Positions 25,783 through 34,749 are shown, counted from the first letter of the stretch. The stretch is DNA of 39,374 bases from a virus (IMGVR_UViG_3300009181_000158:1-39374); one strand, 5' to 3'. Notes: generated by a model from the sequence alone, not told the origin. Numbers and translations are program-made.

Positions 25783-26117
25783 GGCAGTTTTATTCTGTTT
25801 CCAAGTCAAAACTGCCAAAAACTCATTTACGCTGCAATAGCCTCGTAAGAAGGAGCAAAGTTATCGTTTGCAACTGTAGTTTTCTTCGCGGTAACGGCGC
25901 TTAGATCCCGGTGACTCCATCCTGCCTAGTTCGCCTGTCGATGCCCAACTCAGGCCCAGCAAAGATACACACATAAACTGCCTACTCCAGCTTCCAGGCT
26001 GTCGCTATCAACATAGGCTTTCGGAAAATACCTGAACCTAGTTTAGTGTGTATCTATGGTGGACCTGCCCGGATTCGAACCGGGGTCCAGAACGTGTTCA
26101 GTGAATATCAACATCAC
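25783..26117 (-). ncRNA. ssrA: two-piece (circularly permuted) tmRNA
   Basis: Acceptor piece about 26117->26057 with T-arm CCCGG-TTCGAAT-CCGGG ending CAGGTCC-A-CCA; intervening segment 26056-25958; coding piece starts GGGCCTG at 25957 and forms a 7-bp acceptor stem with G3.U; tag frame 25871->25827 reads ANDNFAPSYEAIAA-stop; 3' hairpin 25816-25783. Confidence 0.95.
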
Positions 26118-26329
26118 ACTGTATTTATAGCATCACTTTTTGAGTTGTCAACTGTAATGATTGCAGGGTCGGGTATGCATCCGTGATCAGCAGTCATGAT
26201 AAAGCCTTTAGGTGGTGTCAGCACAGCCATAGCCAACAGCCTGCCATTGGTGTCGTTGTCACCTAATATGACTACCCGCACACCAGTTGATTCGATGATA
26301 AACTGGTCAATTTTGATCATGCCTTTCAT
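26114..26329 (-). CDS. hypothetical protein
   Basis: ORF track; ATGA overlap; its 3' end contains the tmRNA promoter. Confidence 0.55.
   Translation of the reverse strand: MKGMIKIDQFIIESTGVRVVILGDNDTNGRLLAMAVLTPPKGFIMTADHGCIPDPAIITVDNSKSDAINTV
26124..26151 (-). promoter_or_regulatory. tmRNA promoter
   Basis: TTGACA-N16 (ending TGC)-TATAAA; the -10 lies within TATAAATA. Confidence 0.75.
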
Positions 26330-26634
26330 TTCGCACCATTACGCCATGATTTACCCTGGCGTACATCGTCGAGGCTAGAGACTATGAACTTTTTCACTGG
26401 CACATTTTCGGGCTGCACGGCCAATTGAACCATCATCCAGTCTGCTACACACGCCGGGCCACAGAACCCAAGATTCTTCTCAGCAAGGTGATAAAGGGGC
26501 GCCCAGTATTCTCTGCGCACACCGTTGCCCTCAAACCTGTGCAGCTCAGACACTGTTGGCAAGCCGCAGTGGCTACAGGGTTGCCCTTGCGGCCAGTGCA
26601 TGCTTGGTTTAGGAGTTGGTGTAGCATCATCCAT
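26326..26634 (-). CDS. small Cys-rich, possibly Zn-binding protein
   Basis: CSHC...FCGPAC; start trimmed to MDDATP. Confidence 0.6.
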   Translation of the reverse strand: MDDATPTPKPSMHWPQGQPCSHCGLPTVSELHRFEGNGVRREYWAPLYHLAEKNLGFCGPACVADWMMVQLAVQPENVPVKKFIVSSLDDVRQGKSWRNGAK

Positions 26635-26641
26635 GACGCTG

Positions 26642-26980
26642 TTAGAACCGCAGGCTTTGGTTACCACTAGCTGGTATGGTCAAGCTGCTGGTGTTGGCTA
26701 GATAACTTTTCTTGATGTTTTCTTCAGTGGGAGTGATGGTCACTATGCTGTGCAGGCTCAAACGCAGCTTAGCATCCGGATTAGCAGTGATGATGAATCC
26801 GGGTATCATCTGTATTCCGACTCGGTTGGTCTGCGGATCAACGCTGATGTTCACTACCAACGGCTTAACAATCGCCACCATAGTGTCGTCCGAATCTACT
26901 ATCTTGGCTACTAACTCTTCGCCGCTAGCCAGCTTTAGTGTGCAGATATCGTCAGTCTTCCAAGTCTTTTCAAGTAACAT
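26642..26980 (-). CDS. Sm-like fold protein common in T4-like phages
   Basis: DICTLKLASGEELVAKI, KP, Y...TSSL pattern; GGGAG SD. Confidence 0.65.
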   Translation of the reverse strand: MLLEKTWKTDDICTLKLASGEELVAKIVDSDDTMVAIVKPLVVNISVDPQTNRVGIQMIPGFIITANPDAKLRLSLHSIVTITPTEENIKKSYLANTSSLTIPASGNQSLRF

Positions 26981-27004
26981 GTGCAATACTCCCTATTTCA
27001 ATTG

Positions 27005-27033
27005 AGTATATGAAACTTGTATCAATATAGCAA
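27005..27033 (-). promoter_or_regulatory. sigma70-type promoter
   Basis: TTGCTA-N17-TATACT. Confidence 0.55.
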
Positions 27034-27035
27034 GA

Positions 27036-28001
27036 TCAACGTGTCTTTACAGCTCCGCCGCCGGCAAGTGTTCCTATTATTGGCTTGTTAGCATCGGGCG
27101 GCACCACCCAGGTACGACCAATGAATGCAACGTTTCTGATAGAACCAGCTTTATAGTTGACTTCGCTGCATTTATCGCCTTGGTTGCCGCCGGCCAATCG
27201 TATTCGCCCAGCTTGCAGATCGACTCCTCGTATAAATGCCACATGGTGCGACCCATTACCAGATAGCACACACACGTCATTACGACGCCATTGTGAGGGA
27301 TCAGAAACAGGTATAGATATTGCACCACATTTAGATACCCATTGCGACACCCGACGAGCAAGATCATAATAACTGTCTACTGAAAACGATATCATACCAG
27401 TTGTCCCAGATGCTTGTAATATTGTACCAACAAAGGCAGCACACCACGGACATTGATCGCCTGGCGCAATTCTCTGTGCAGCAGCTATGCCGCCTGTATG
27501 TGCATAACAATTAAGTATGTTTGGATTGCCAGGAGACCCTTGTTCATTCCACTGGCCTGCATCACCTTCTTGTACGCACTTATTTAGATTTGATTCAAGT
27601 GCGCCCCACACGCCGCTACCTGCCGGCGGAGTAACAAATCCCACCGTAGGATCAGCATTGCCTGCCAGATCGTTAGGATCTGATGTGTTAGGCCCGGGCG
27701 GATTTCCTTGGGCTTGATAAGCTATAGTGCCGTCAGCAAATTGTATCTCTAGCGGATCTGCCAGAGCTAATGCAGCACTAGAATTATAATTGTTGATCTG
27801 TTCTGGATTCGGTGCATAGTTTTCTAAAGGTGGCGATACTGGTATAGCAAGCTGGCTTAGTACGCTAGTGCCTAGCGTCGGTGCGTTCCACAACGCAACT
27901 TTTTGGTAGTTCACAAAAACTGTAGGACTGCTGTAGACATCTATCACACCAGGGTCTACGATATCCAATGCTTGTGGGAATGATCGTTTTATATAAGGCA
28001 T
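27036..28001 (-). CDS. protein with C-terminal TIGR02594-like NlpC/P60-CHAP domain, possibly virion-associated
   Basis: WNE...NPNIL, PWCAAFVG, NDVCVL, HVAF, AGGNQGD; Pro/Asn-rich linker; no signal peptide. Confidence 0.75.
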   Translation of the reverse strand: MPYIKRSFPQALDIVDPGVIDVYSSPTVFVNYQKVALWNAPTLGTSVLSQLAIPVSPPLENYAPNPEQINNYNSSAALALADPLEIQFADGTIAYQAQGNPPGPNTSDPNDLAGNADPTVGFVTPPAGSGVWGALESNLNKCVQEGDAGQWNEQGSPGNPNILNCYAHTGGIAAAQRIAPGDQCPWCAAFVGTILQASGTTGMISFSVDSYYDLARRVSQWVSKCGAISIPVSDPSQWRRNDVCVLSGNGSHHVAFIRGVDLQAGRIRLAGGNQGDKCSEVNYKAGSIRNVAFIGRTWVVPPDANKPIIGTLAGGGAVKTR

Positions 28002-28004
28002 CTG

Positions 28005-28265
28005 TTATTTCAATCGTGCTAAGAGATCGGTGTACCCGCCAACATGCTCGCCATGCAACCATATCTGTGGTACTGTCCTAGCAGTAGGCGCTGCAGCCAA
28101 CAGTTCTTCTCGATTGGTCCAGCTTTGATTTTCTTTGAGCACACGATCATCTGGCCCTATCAATGCTATGATACGTTCTTCATATGTTAAGCCCTTGCTG
28201 TTCAGCAGAGCTTTGGCTTGTGTGCAGTATACACAGTTATCTTTGGTGAATAGGACAGCATCCAT
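28005..28265 (-). CDS. glutaredoxin
   Basis: CVYC active site, ARTVPQI, VGGYTDL; start MDAVLF after GAGGA SD. Confidence 0.9.
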   Translation of the reverse strand: MDAVLFTKDNCVYCTQAKALLNSKGLTYEERIIALIGPDDRVLKENQSWTNREELLAAAPTARTVPQIWLHGEHVGGYTDLLARLK

Positions 28266-28281
28266 GTTTTGATCCTCTTGA

Positions 28282-28974
28282 TTATTTATTGGCATTTTTA
28301 ACATGTGATAACGTGCCATCTGCTGCAGTATGTATCCATACTGCATCATCTGGTACTGCCCATCCTGCATATTGATAATGCCATGCCCAGCGTGTCACGT
28401 ACACCACAGTTGGTTCATCACAACGTACCAGCCTCATACCGCTATCCAGCACAGCTTTGGCAAAATGCCTATCGCTCCACAGCTGCTGACCAGGAGTAGT
28501 GATCCAATGTGACATCAGGTGCATGGCATTGCGAGTGAGAAACCAGCTGTTGGTATCAATCATGTTCTCACCGTTGCTTTCAATACGGTCAACGTACATC
28601 TCACGGTCATCTTGACTGTGTATCACTCGCGTGGCTACTATTCCATCGGCTCCACTTTTTTGCAGCACTGCAACCATGTGCTCTACATGATTGGGCTTGA
28701 GATAGTTGTCAGCATCTATGAACCCAACAGCATCATACCCTTGGCTGAATGCACTAAGTGCCCCTATCGCTCGAGGGGTTGCACCAGCATCAGCATGAGC
28801 ATGTGGTAGACCATAACTGTCTGCATCGAATGTAGATACCAATGGATTAGTAATGCCATCGCCAACCATGAAATGTCGCACGTTGGTATAGGTCTGAGCT
28901 AGAACGCTATCGTTACACCTATGCAGCACTGCAGCAGATTCCGTGTGATACGGTGTAACGATAGCTACTTTCAT
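28282..28974 (-). CDS. glycosyltransferase family 2
   Basis: VAIVTP, SVLAQTY, VGDG, FIDADN DxD motif, IDTN. Confidence 0.85.
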   Translation of the reverse strand: MKVAIVTPYHTESAAVLHRCNDSVLAQTYTNVRHFMVGDGITNPLVSTFDADSYGLPHAHADAGATPRAIGALSAFSQGYDAVGFIDADNYLKPNHVEHMVAVLQKSGADGIVATRVIHSQDDREMYVDRIESNGENMIDTNSWFLTRNAMHLMSHWITTPGQQLWSDRHFAKAVLDSGMRLVRCDEPTVVYVTRWAWHYQYAGWAVPDDAVWIHTAADGTLSHVKNANK

Positions 28975-30071
28975 CAGAGACTGAACCCTTTGAAGCTGTC
29001 CGTGCCAACATCTTGTTTGGTGCCACCGCTAACATAGCTACTGATCTCTGTTTCTTGCGGGGCCACTTGAACTTCTCCACCAGCAATCCATTTTTGTGTC
29101 CACGGCAGAGGATTTGAACCACCTTTGTATTTGGTTGGTAGCCCAACAGCAGTCATGCGCTTGGCAGCGATCCATTCAACGTATTCGGCCAACAGCTGAT
29201 TGTTAAGACCGATCATGCTGCCATCTTTGAACAAGTATTCTGCCCAACGCTTTTCTTGATCTACTGCATCTTCAAACATCTTAATAGCTTCGGCTTGGCA
29301 TTCGATCTCAATCTTGGCGTAGTCCGGGTCATCCTTGGGCAGTATCTTCAACAGCGTCTGTGTGCTGGCCAAGTGCAAGTTTTCATCGCGGGCGATAAAC
29401 TTGATGATCTTAGCATTGCCTTCCATCTTCTTGACTTCGGCAAATGCCCAGCTGCAGGCAAAGCTCACATAAAAGCGCACACCTTCGAGGATGTTCACGC
29501 TCATCATGCACAGCCAGATCAACTGCTTGTGACGATATGCATCGTAATCGTTAGCGCCGATTGCCAGTTTAGTGTTCATGTCGATCAGCTCGTCATAGTA
29601 CTGGCTGATATCACCAGCACAGTCTACGATCTCAGCAATGTCCATCAGCTCGTCAAAGATCTTGCCTGGATTGCTGTAAACATTACGAATGATGTGAGTA
29701 TAGCTACGGCTATGGATGGTCTCGCTAAACGTCCAAGTAGTGATCCAGTTCTCTAGCTCGGGCAAGCTGCAGATTGGCCCAAATGCCACGCTAGGTGCAC
29801 GACCTTGGACGCTGTCTAGCAGTATCTGGCGCTTGAGGTTGCTTGTGAATATATGCTGTTCATGCGCAGTGAGATCTTTGAAGTCCTTAGCATCTTTGAA
29901 GATGTCAACTTCAGTAGGCAACCAGAAAAACGACAGCTGCTTTTCTGTGAGCTTGTCCAGCGTCTTGTATTTCATAGTATCATAGCGCTGGATGCTGACA
30001 CCCCCGTTGGGATCCAAGAATGCCAAACTTTTGGTATGATCCGACCGGTTTGCGACGTCAAAAACGCTCAT
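28974..30071 (-). CDS. nrdB: ribonucleotide reductase class Ia beta subunit
   Basis: FFWLPTEVD, QILLDSVQGR, ETIHSRSYTHI, LEGVRFYVSF, RDENLH, VAPQETEISSY. Confidence 0.97.
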   Translation of the reverse strand: MSVFDVANRSDHTKSLAFLDPNGGVSIQRYDTMKYKTLDKLTEKQLSFFWLPTEVDIFKDAKDFKDLTAHEQHIFTSNLKRQILLDSVQGRAPSVAFGPICSLPELENWITTWTFSETIHSRSYTHIIRNVYSNPGKIFDELMDIAEIVDCAGDISQYYDELIDMNTKLAIGANDYDAYRHKQLIWLCMMSVNILEGVRFYVSFACSWAFAEVKKMEGNAKIIKFIARDENLHLASTQTLLKILPKDDPDYAKIEIECQAEAIKMFEDAVDQEKRWAEYLFKDGSMIGLNNQLLAEYVEWIAAKRMTAVGLPTKYKGGSNPLPWTQKWIAGGEVQVAPQETEISSYVSGGTKQDVGTDSFKGFSL

Positions 30072-30097
30072 AGTATCTTCCTCATGTATATAGACTG

Positions 30098-30126
30098 ATT
30101 ATATCGCAAGCTAGCTAGATTGCCAA
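30098..30126 (-). promoter_or_regulatory. internal sigma70-type promoter for nrdB
   Basis: GGTTGGCA-N17-TATAAT. Confidence 0.65.
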
Positions 30127-30131
30127 CCTGC

Positions 30132-32453
30132 TTAGATGGTGCAGCTTTCGCAATCAGCTTCGTCAATAGGCGGCAGTTCGGCTGCATCATCGGAGATCAT
30201 CTTGCTTACGTTGATCTCACCTTGCCCATCATAAGTGTTGAAATAGTACAACTGTTTTCCGCCGTACTTGTAGAACATCAATAAGTGGCCCAGCATCTCG
30301 CTTAACGGTATCTTATCATCTTGATAATGTTGAGGATTGTAAGACGTATTGACTGAAATTCCTTGGTCAATGTACTTCTGCAACACTGCACATATCTTGA
30401 GATACCCTTCTGGTGTCTTTTGATCCCAGAGCAATTCGTACTTGTTCTTTAGACGACGAAACTCGGGCACTACCTGCTTGAGAACACCATGTTTGCTTTG
30501 TTTGATGCTGATCAAGCTGCGCGGAGGTTCAATACCGTTAGTAGCATTGGCAATCTGTGCCGAAGTTTCTGCTGGCATCACTGCCATCAGCGTGCTGTTA
30601 CGTATGCCAACTATCTGCAGGTCTTCGCGTAGCTCTGCCCAGGGCATGCGTTCAACATACGGAACCAACTCGTCAATGTCTCTCTTGCGTGTGTCAATGG
30701 GCACGATGCCATGTCCATACTTGGTCTCGTCGCTCTTACCACATGCACCCTTTGTGCGTGCAAGATCCACCGAAGCTTTGATCAGATAGTAGCTCATGGC
30801 TTCCATGTATTCGTCAACTAACGGTAATGCGGCAGGGTCGCTATAGCTAACACCATTCTTAGCTAACCAATAGGCAAAGTTAATGATACCAATACCCAGC
30901 GGGCGGCGGTTCATCGTGCTTTTGTATGCAGCTTTCACTGGATAGCTTTGGTAATCTAACAGATTGTCTAGTGCCATCACTGCTAGTTTGCAAGGCTTTT
31001 CAAAGTCGGCAGGGCTACGTATGTTACCCCAATTTATCGCACTGAGTGTGCAAAGGCTGATCTCACCATCTTCATCATTGAGATCGGTTAACGGTTTGGT
31101 GGGTAAGTCAATTTCAGCACAGAGATTGCTTTGGCGAATAGGTGCAATGCTTTCGATGAATGCACCGTGTTGGTTAGCATTGTCTACGTTTTGTAGATAA
31201 ATTCGGCCAGTGTCTTTGCGCTCTTGCATGAAGCTGCTAAACAGCTCAACAGCCTTCACGGTCTTCTTGCGCAGTTTCTTGTTGCGCTCTGCTGCTTCGT
31301 ACAGCACACGGAAACGATCTTGATCAGCAAAGAATGCATCATATAGACCTGGTACATCGCTAGGTGAGAACAGTGTAATATCGCCGTTTTGTATCAGTCG
31401 TTCGTAGAACAGTTTGCTAAACTGCACACCATAATCCATGTGACGCACACGGTTATCTTCAGTACCGCGATTGTTTTTAAGCACTAGCATCTCTTCTACT
31501 TCTAGATGCCATATAGGATAATATAACGTGGCTGCACCATTGCGTACACCACCTTGCGAGCAACTACGAGTGGCTGCTTGAAACAGTTTGAAAAACGGCA
31601 CCACACCAGTGTGGCTAGCATCGCCGTTGCGTATGGGTGAGCCGATGGCGCGAATAGATCCAGCACCGATCCCAATACCAGCCTTTTGACTTACATACTT
31701 GACCACTGCACTGGCAGTAGCGTTGATGCTGTCTAAGCTGTCACCAGTTTCAATCAACACACAGCTGCTGAACTGGCGCTGTGGTGTGCGTACACCTGCC
31801 ATGATAGGCGTAGGCAAGCTGATGTCGTGCTTGCTGATAGCATCATAATAATCGCGTACTATAGCAAGACGAGTCTGCTTATCATGGCGAATGAATAGAG
31901 TCGCTGCTATCAGCGCATATGCCGACTGCGGAGTTTCTTTGATTTCACCACTCACTCGATTCTGTACCAAATACTTGCCACGCAGCTGTTCCATGGCCAC
32001 ATAGGTTAGGCTGCTGTCACGATCGTGGTCCACGAAACGATTGATCTGTTCCCATTCTTGGTCGCTGTATTCTTCTAGCAGTTGCGGATCATAGAATCCA
32101 TCAGCAACGTTCTTCTTGATGAGATCAAGTATATGCCACGGTTTGTAATCGTTGTATACTTCTTTGCGGAGATGATAGTTAACCAAACGTCCAGCAACAT
32201 ACTGATAGTTAGGTGTTTCTTCACTGATGAGGTCGGCTGCTGCCTTAATCAGTGTTTCTTGCATGTCCAATGTCTTGATACCGTTATAGAATTGTATCTG
32301 ACTGCGTATCTCAACTTCACTGGCGCTGACACCTTGTATACCTTCAGTTGCCCAGAACACAACTTTGTGCATCTTATCTAGATCCAATGGCTCTTTCCTG
32401 CCGTCACGCTTGGTTACCATGATGTCGGATTTGTTATTTGTAGCCATGATCAT
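30132..32453 (-). CDS. nrdA: ribonucleotide reductase class Ia alpha subunit
   Basis: ATP cone VTKRDG, PTPIMAG, SSCVL, CSQGGVR.G, SNLCAEI, LYY, C-terminal CESCTI. Confidence 0.97.
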   Translation of the reverse strand: MIMATNNKSDIMVTKRDGRKEPLDLDKMHKVVFWATEGIQGVSASEVEIRSQIQFYNGIKTLDMQETLIKAAADLISEETPNYQYVAGRLVNYHLRKEVYNDYKPWHILDLIKKNVADGFYDPQLLEEYSDQEWEQINRFVDHDRDSSLTYVAMEQLRGKYLVQNRVSGEIKETPQSAYALIAATLFIRHDKQTRLAIVRDYYDAISKHDISLPTPIMAGVRTPQRQFSSCVLIETGDSLDSINATASAVVKYVSQKAGIGIGAGSIRAIGSPIRNGDASHTGVVPFFKLFQAATRSCSQGGVRNGAATLYYPIWHLEVEEMLVLKNNRGTEDNRVRHMDYGVQFSKLFYERLIQNGDITLFSPSDVPGLYDAFFADQDRFRVLYEAAERNKKLRKKTVKAVELFSSFMQERKDTGRIYLQNVDNANQHGAFIESIAPIRQSNLCAEIDLPTKPLTDLNDEDGEISLCTLSAINWGNIRSPADFEKPCKLAVMALDNLLDYQSYPVKAAYKSTMNRRPLGIGIINFAYWLAKNGVSYSDPAALPLVDEYMEAMSYYLIKASVDLARTKGACGKSDETKYGHGIVPIDTRKRDIDELVPYVERMPWAELREDLQIVGIRNSTLMAVMPAETSAQIANATNGIEPPRSLISIKQSKHGVLKQVVPEFRRLKNKYELLWDQKTPEGYLKICAVLQKYIDQGISVNTSYNPQHYQDDKIPLSEMLGHLLMFYKYGGKQLYYFNTYDGQGEINVSKMISDDAAELPPIDEADCESCTI

Positions 32454-32579
32454 CTCTTTCGTTTCCTTGCTATTGTATGGTGGACCGCTGCTTTAAGCAA
32501 CAGGTATATTTACTGTTTAGATACCCAAAATAGGCCGACGAATTTCGATAAAATTTTCCAAAAAATCCAATAAAATATA

Positions 32580-32606
32580 ACATAATCAACGTATAATTGA
32601 TTATGT
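32580..32606. repeat. perfect 10-bp inverted repeat in AT-rich intergenic DNA
   Basis: ACATAATCAA-cgtataa-TTGATTATGT. Confidence 0.75.
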
Positions 32607-32686
32607 CACCAGAGTATCGTTCGGCGGTAACAGTGCTAGTATCAAGTTGAAATCACTTTCCATTAATATTAGTTTATGTATGAAAT

Positions 32687-33187
32687 CTAGACATGATATA
32701 GCACTTGCTTGTCTGCAAGTATTTCTATGATATTGCGTTTATGTAAATCGTATTTGTAGATATGCATGCTGTGCAAGTCGGCAGTTTCTTCTCTGGCGTC
32801 AACGATGCTATTGTAGTTGTAGTTCAATAACCATCGCTCATCAACCACACAGATCAGTCGTTCCCAACAGTCGGTTCTGTTGCGTATCATCGCTAACCTT
32901 AACCTGTCTGCTCGCCAGCTCTTGTCCTCTGATAGCAATAGTGTGTAAAACATACCAAGCGCAACAACATTTGGATCTATCAGTTTAGAATCTATTAGAG
33001 ACCAAGGATCCGGCCATGTAGTGGTATCAACATAGTCTAAGTAGGGCTGGCTTATTGGCGCTAAGCGCCAGAAGTCAACAACCATATGCAACTGCTGTGC
33101 TGTAGTTAAATTACTGTTAATAGATCCACGTAGATCTTTCCAGAGTCTCTGTAGTTGTTGAGGATGCAGGAAGAAAGGGTTTTCCAT
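32687..33187 (-). CDS. hypothetical phage protein
   Basis: ORF track; W..AP...WPDPW.LI...ALGMFYTL. Confidence 0.75.
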   Translation of the reverse strand: MENPFFLHPQQLQRLWKDLRGSINSNLTTAQQLHMVVDFWRLAPISQPYLDYVDTTTWPDPWSLIDSKLIDPNVVALGMFYTLLLSEDKSWRADRLRLAMIRNRTDCWERLICVVDERWLLNYNYNSIVDAREETADLHSMHIYKYDLHKRNIIEILADKQVLYHV

Positions 33188-33207
33188 ATAGCCAGACTAT
33201 TAGTTGT

Positions 33208-34749
33208 TTATATTGACCAGTAAGTTTGAATCCAAGACAGCGTGCCGGTTAGTGCAGCGGGATTGGTGTAATTTATTGATAACGACACACCCGGTACCAC
33301 ACTTACCGAAAATATCATACTAGCATCATTGTTCAATTCAGTAGCTGCATCAGTGAGATCTGCAGTGGTACCGTCTGATATCACAGTAATTCTGCCGCTC
33401 TTGCGATATGTATCAAGGCTTACTGCGTAATCTATGAAGGCTGTGAAAGTAGTGGTAACATTTGTGAGATCATATGCTATTCCTGTAGCCGCATTGACTT
33501 GATTGGGCAATATAGTGTCAATATGCGGAGTTGGTGCGTTGTTCACCAGCTCTGTTTGTTGCGGGTCAAATATTAGATTGTAACCAGGGTTGTTGTTAAG
33601 CACCCGATACGCTCTGTCAGTTACATCAAATACATCCCCTATGCTTTGGCAATTTTCACAAGCCGCCGACCATACTATAGCAGGCATAGTGCTCGGATCA
33701 CCAATATTTTGGTAACTGTTATTAACACTGCTTACAAACCCAACAGTGTCTATATCCAATCCATTGTTGTCGAGATCCCTGACGCTGTTATCTTGGATAG
33801 TAACATAGCTGGGCCCGCCATATGCACTGGTACCGAGAGTTACAGCATTATATGAGTTATATAGATTATTACCTGTTATGTTCAACCGTATAACTGGATC
33901 AGTTACGTATACACAGTCTTCACTATTACGTATACTACATCCGATGATTGATATATCACTAGTAATTGTTGCATTACCAAGGCTTTCGATCACAATGCCG
34001 CGATTACTGTTTCCTGTGCCGTCGCCCGGTAACCAAGTATTAATCAACTTACATCCACTGATCGTTATACCACTGCAACGTTGCAACAGTATCACTGGGT
34101 TATTGCCAGCAGTATCAGCACTGCCGTCTATGTTCATGCTGCGCACATTAATACTGTTAGGTAATACAGCACCGTTAGTGCCTATGTTAGCGTCAGTTTG
34201 CCCAAGGCTATCTGCAGTTCGCATCACCGGGCCAGTTGCGCCACTAGCTAAAGTAATCTGTGTGCGATTCTGGCCTTCGCCCGCTAATGTGATATACGGA
34301 TAAAGCAATATAGTAGAACTAGTTAGATAGTTGCCAGCTGGGAAGATAATAGTATTACGACTCATCAAATTGCTCAACGGGGCGCTTGCTATGCGTGCCC
34401 ATTCGTCAACGATTGCCTGTTGTATAGCAGCAGTATCATCAGTAACACCATCACCAACAGCGCCATAGTCTTTGACATTTAATGTGTCATCAAGTATTGA
34501 TCCCAGTGTCCTGACCACACTACCAACTGCACTAACGCCGGTGTCTCCGACATACTTGTGAGTGATGATAGTGTCATTGGGGCTCCACTGGGTTAGTATT
34601 TGGCTGTTACCTGTAAAGGTATTACCATTTCCAATGAATAATTGGCGGGTATCTATACACCAACCAAGTTCTGCTTCGTTGAGATTGTCGGGAAGATCTG
34701 CCCGCAATCCCCTACGATGTTGTAATCGGCTGATGCTTACTATAGCCAT
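33208..34749 (-). CDS. virion structural protein with pectate-lyase-like beta-helix (tail spike/fibre-like)
   Basis: N-terminal RLQHRRG..DLP..L.EAELGWCIDTRQLFIGNG; VKDYGAVGDGVTDDTAAIQQAI, FPAGNY, parallel beta-helix repeats. Confidence 0.8.
   Translation of the reverse strand: MAIVSISRLQHRRGLRADLPDNLNEAELGWCIDTRQLFIGNGNTFTGNSQILTQWSPNDTIITHKYVGDTGVSAVGSVVRTLGSILDDTLNVKDYGAVGDGVTDDTAAIQQAIVDEWARIASAPLSNLMSRNTIIFPAGNYLTSSTILLYPYITLAGEGQNRTQITLASGATGPVMRTADSLGQTDANIGTNGAVLPNSINVRSMNIDGSADTAGNNPVILLQRCSGITISGCKLINTWLPGDGTGNSNRGIVIESLGNATITSDISIIGCSIRNSEDCVYVTDPVIRLNITGNNLYNSYNAVTLGTSAYGGPSYVTIQDNSVRDLDNNGLDIDTVGFVSSVNNSYQNIGDPSTMPAIVWSAACENCQSIGDVFDVTDRAYRVLNNNPGYNLIFDPQQTELVNNAPTPHIDTILPNQVNAATGIAYDLTNVTTTFTAFIDYAVSLDTYRKSGRITVISDGTTADLTDAATELNNDASMIFSVSVVPGVSLSINYTNPAALTGTLSWIQTYWSI

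Noticed and set aside
26057-26090. Stand-alone tRNA gene or attachment-site tRNA fragment
   Set aside because: There is no D or anticodon arm upstream; its pairing partner GGGCCTG lies downstream with a tag frame, so it is the tmRNA acceptor piece. No integrase is nearby.
20493-32453. Introns, inteins or homing endonucleases in nrdA, nrdB or topoisomerase
   Set aside because: All four ORFs are continuous and of normal length, with no intein or HNH/GIY-YIG motifs seen.
32498-32518. NrdR box upstream of nrdA
   Set aside because: Only a loose match to the consensus and no tandem second box.
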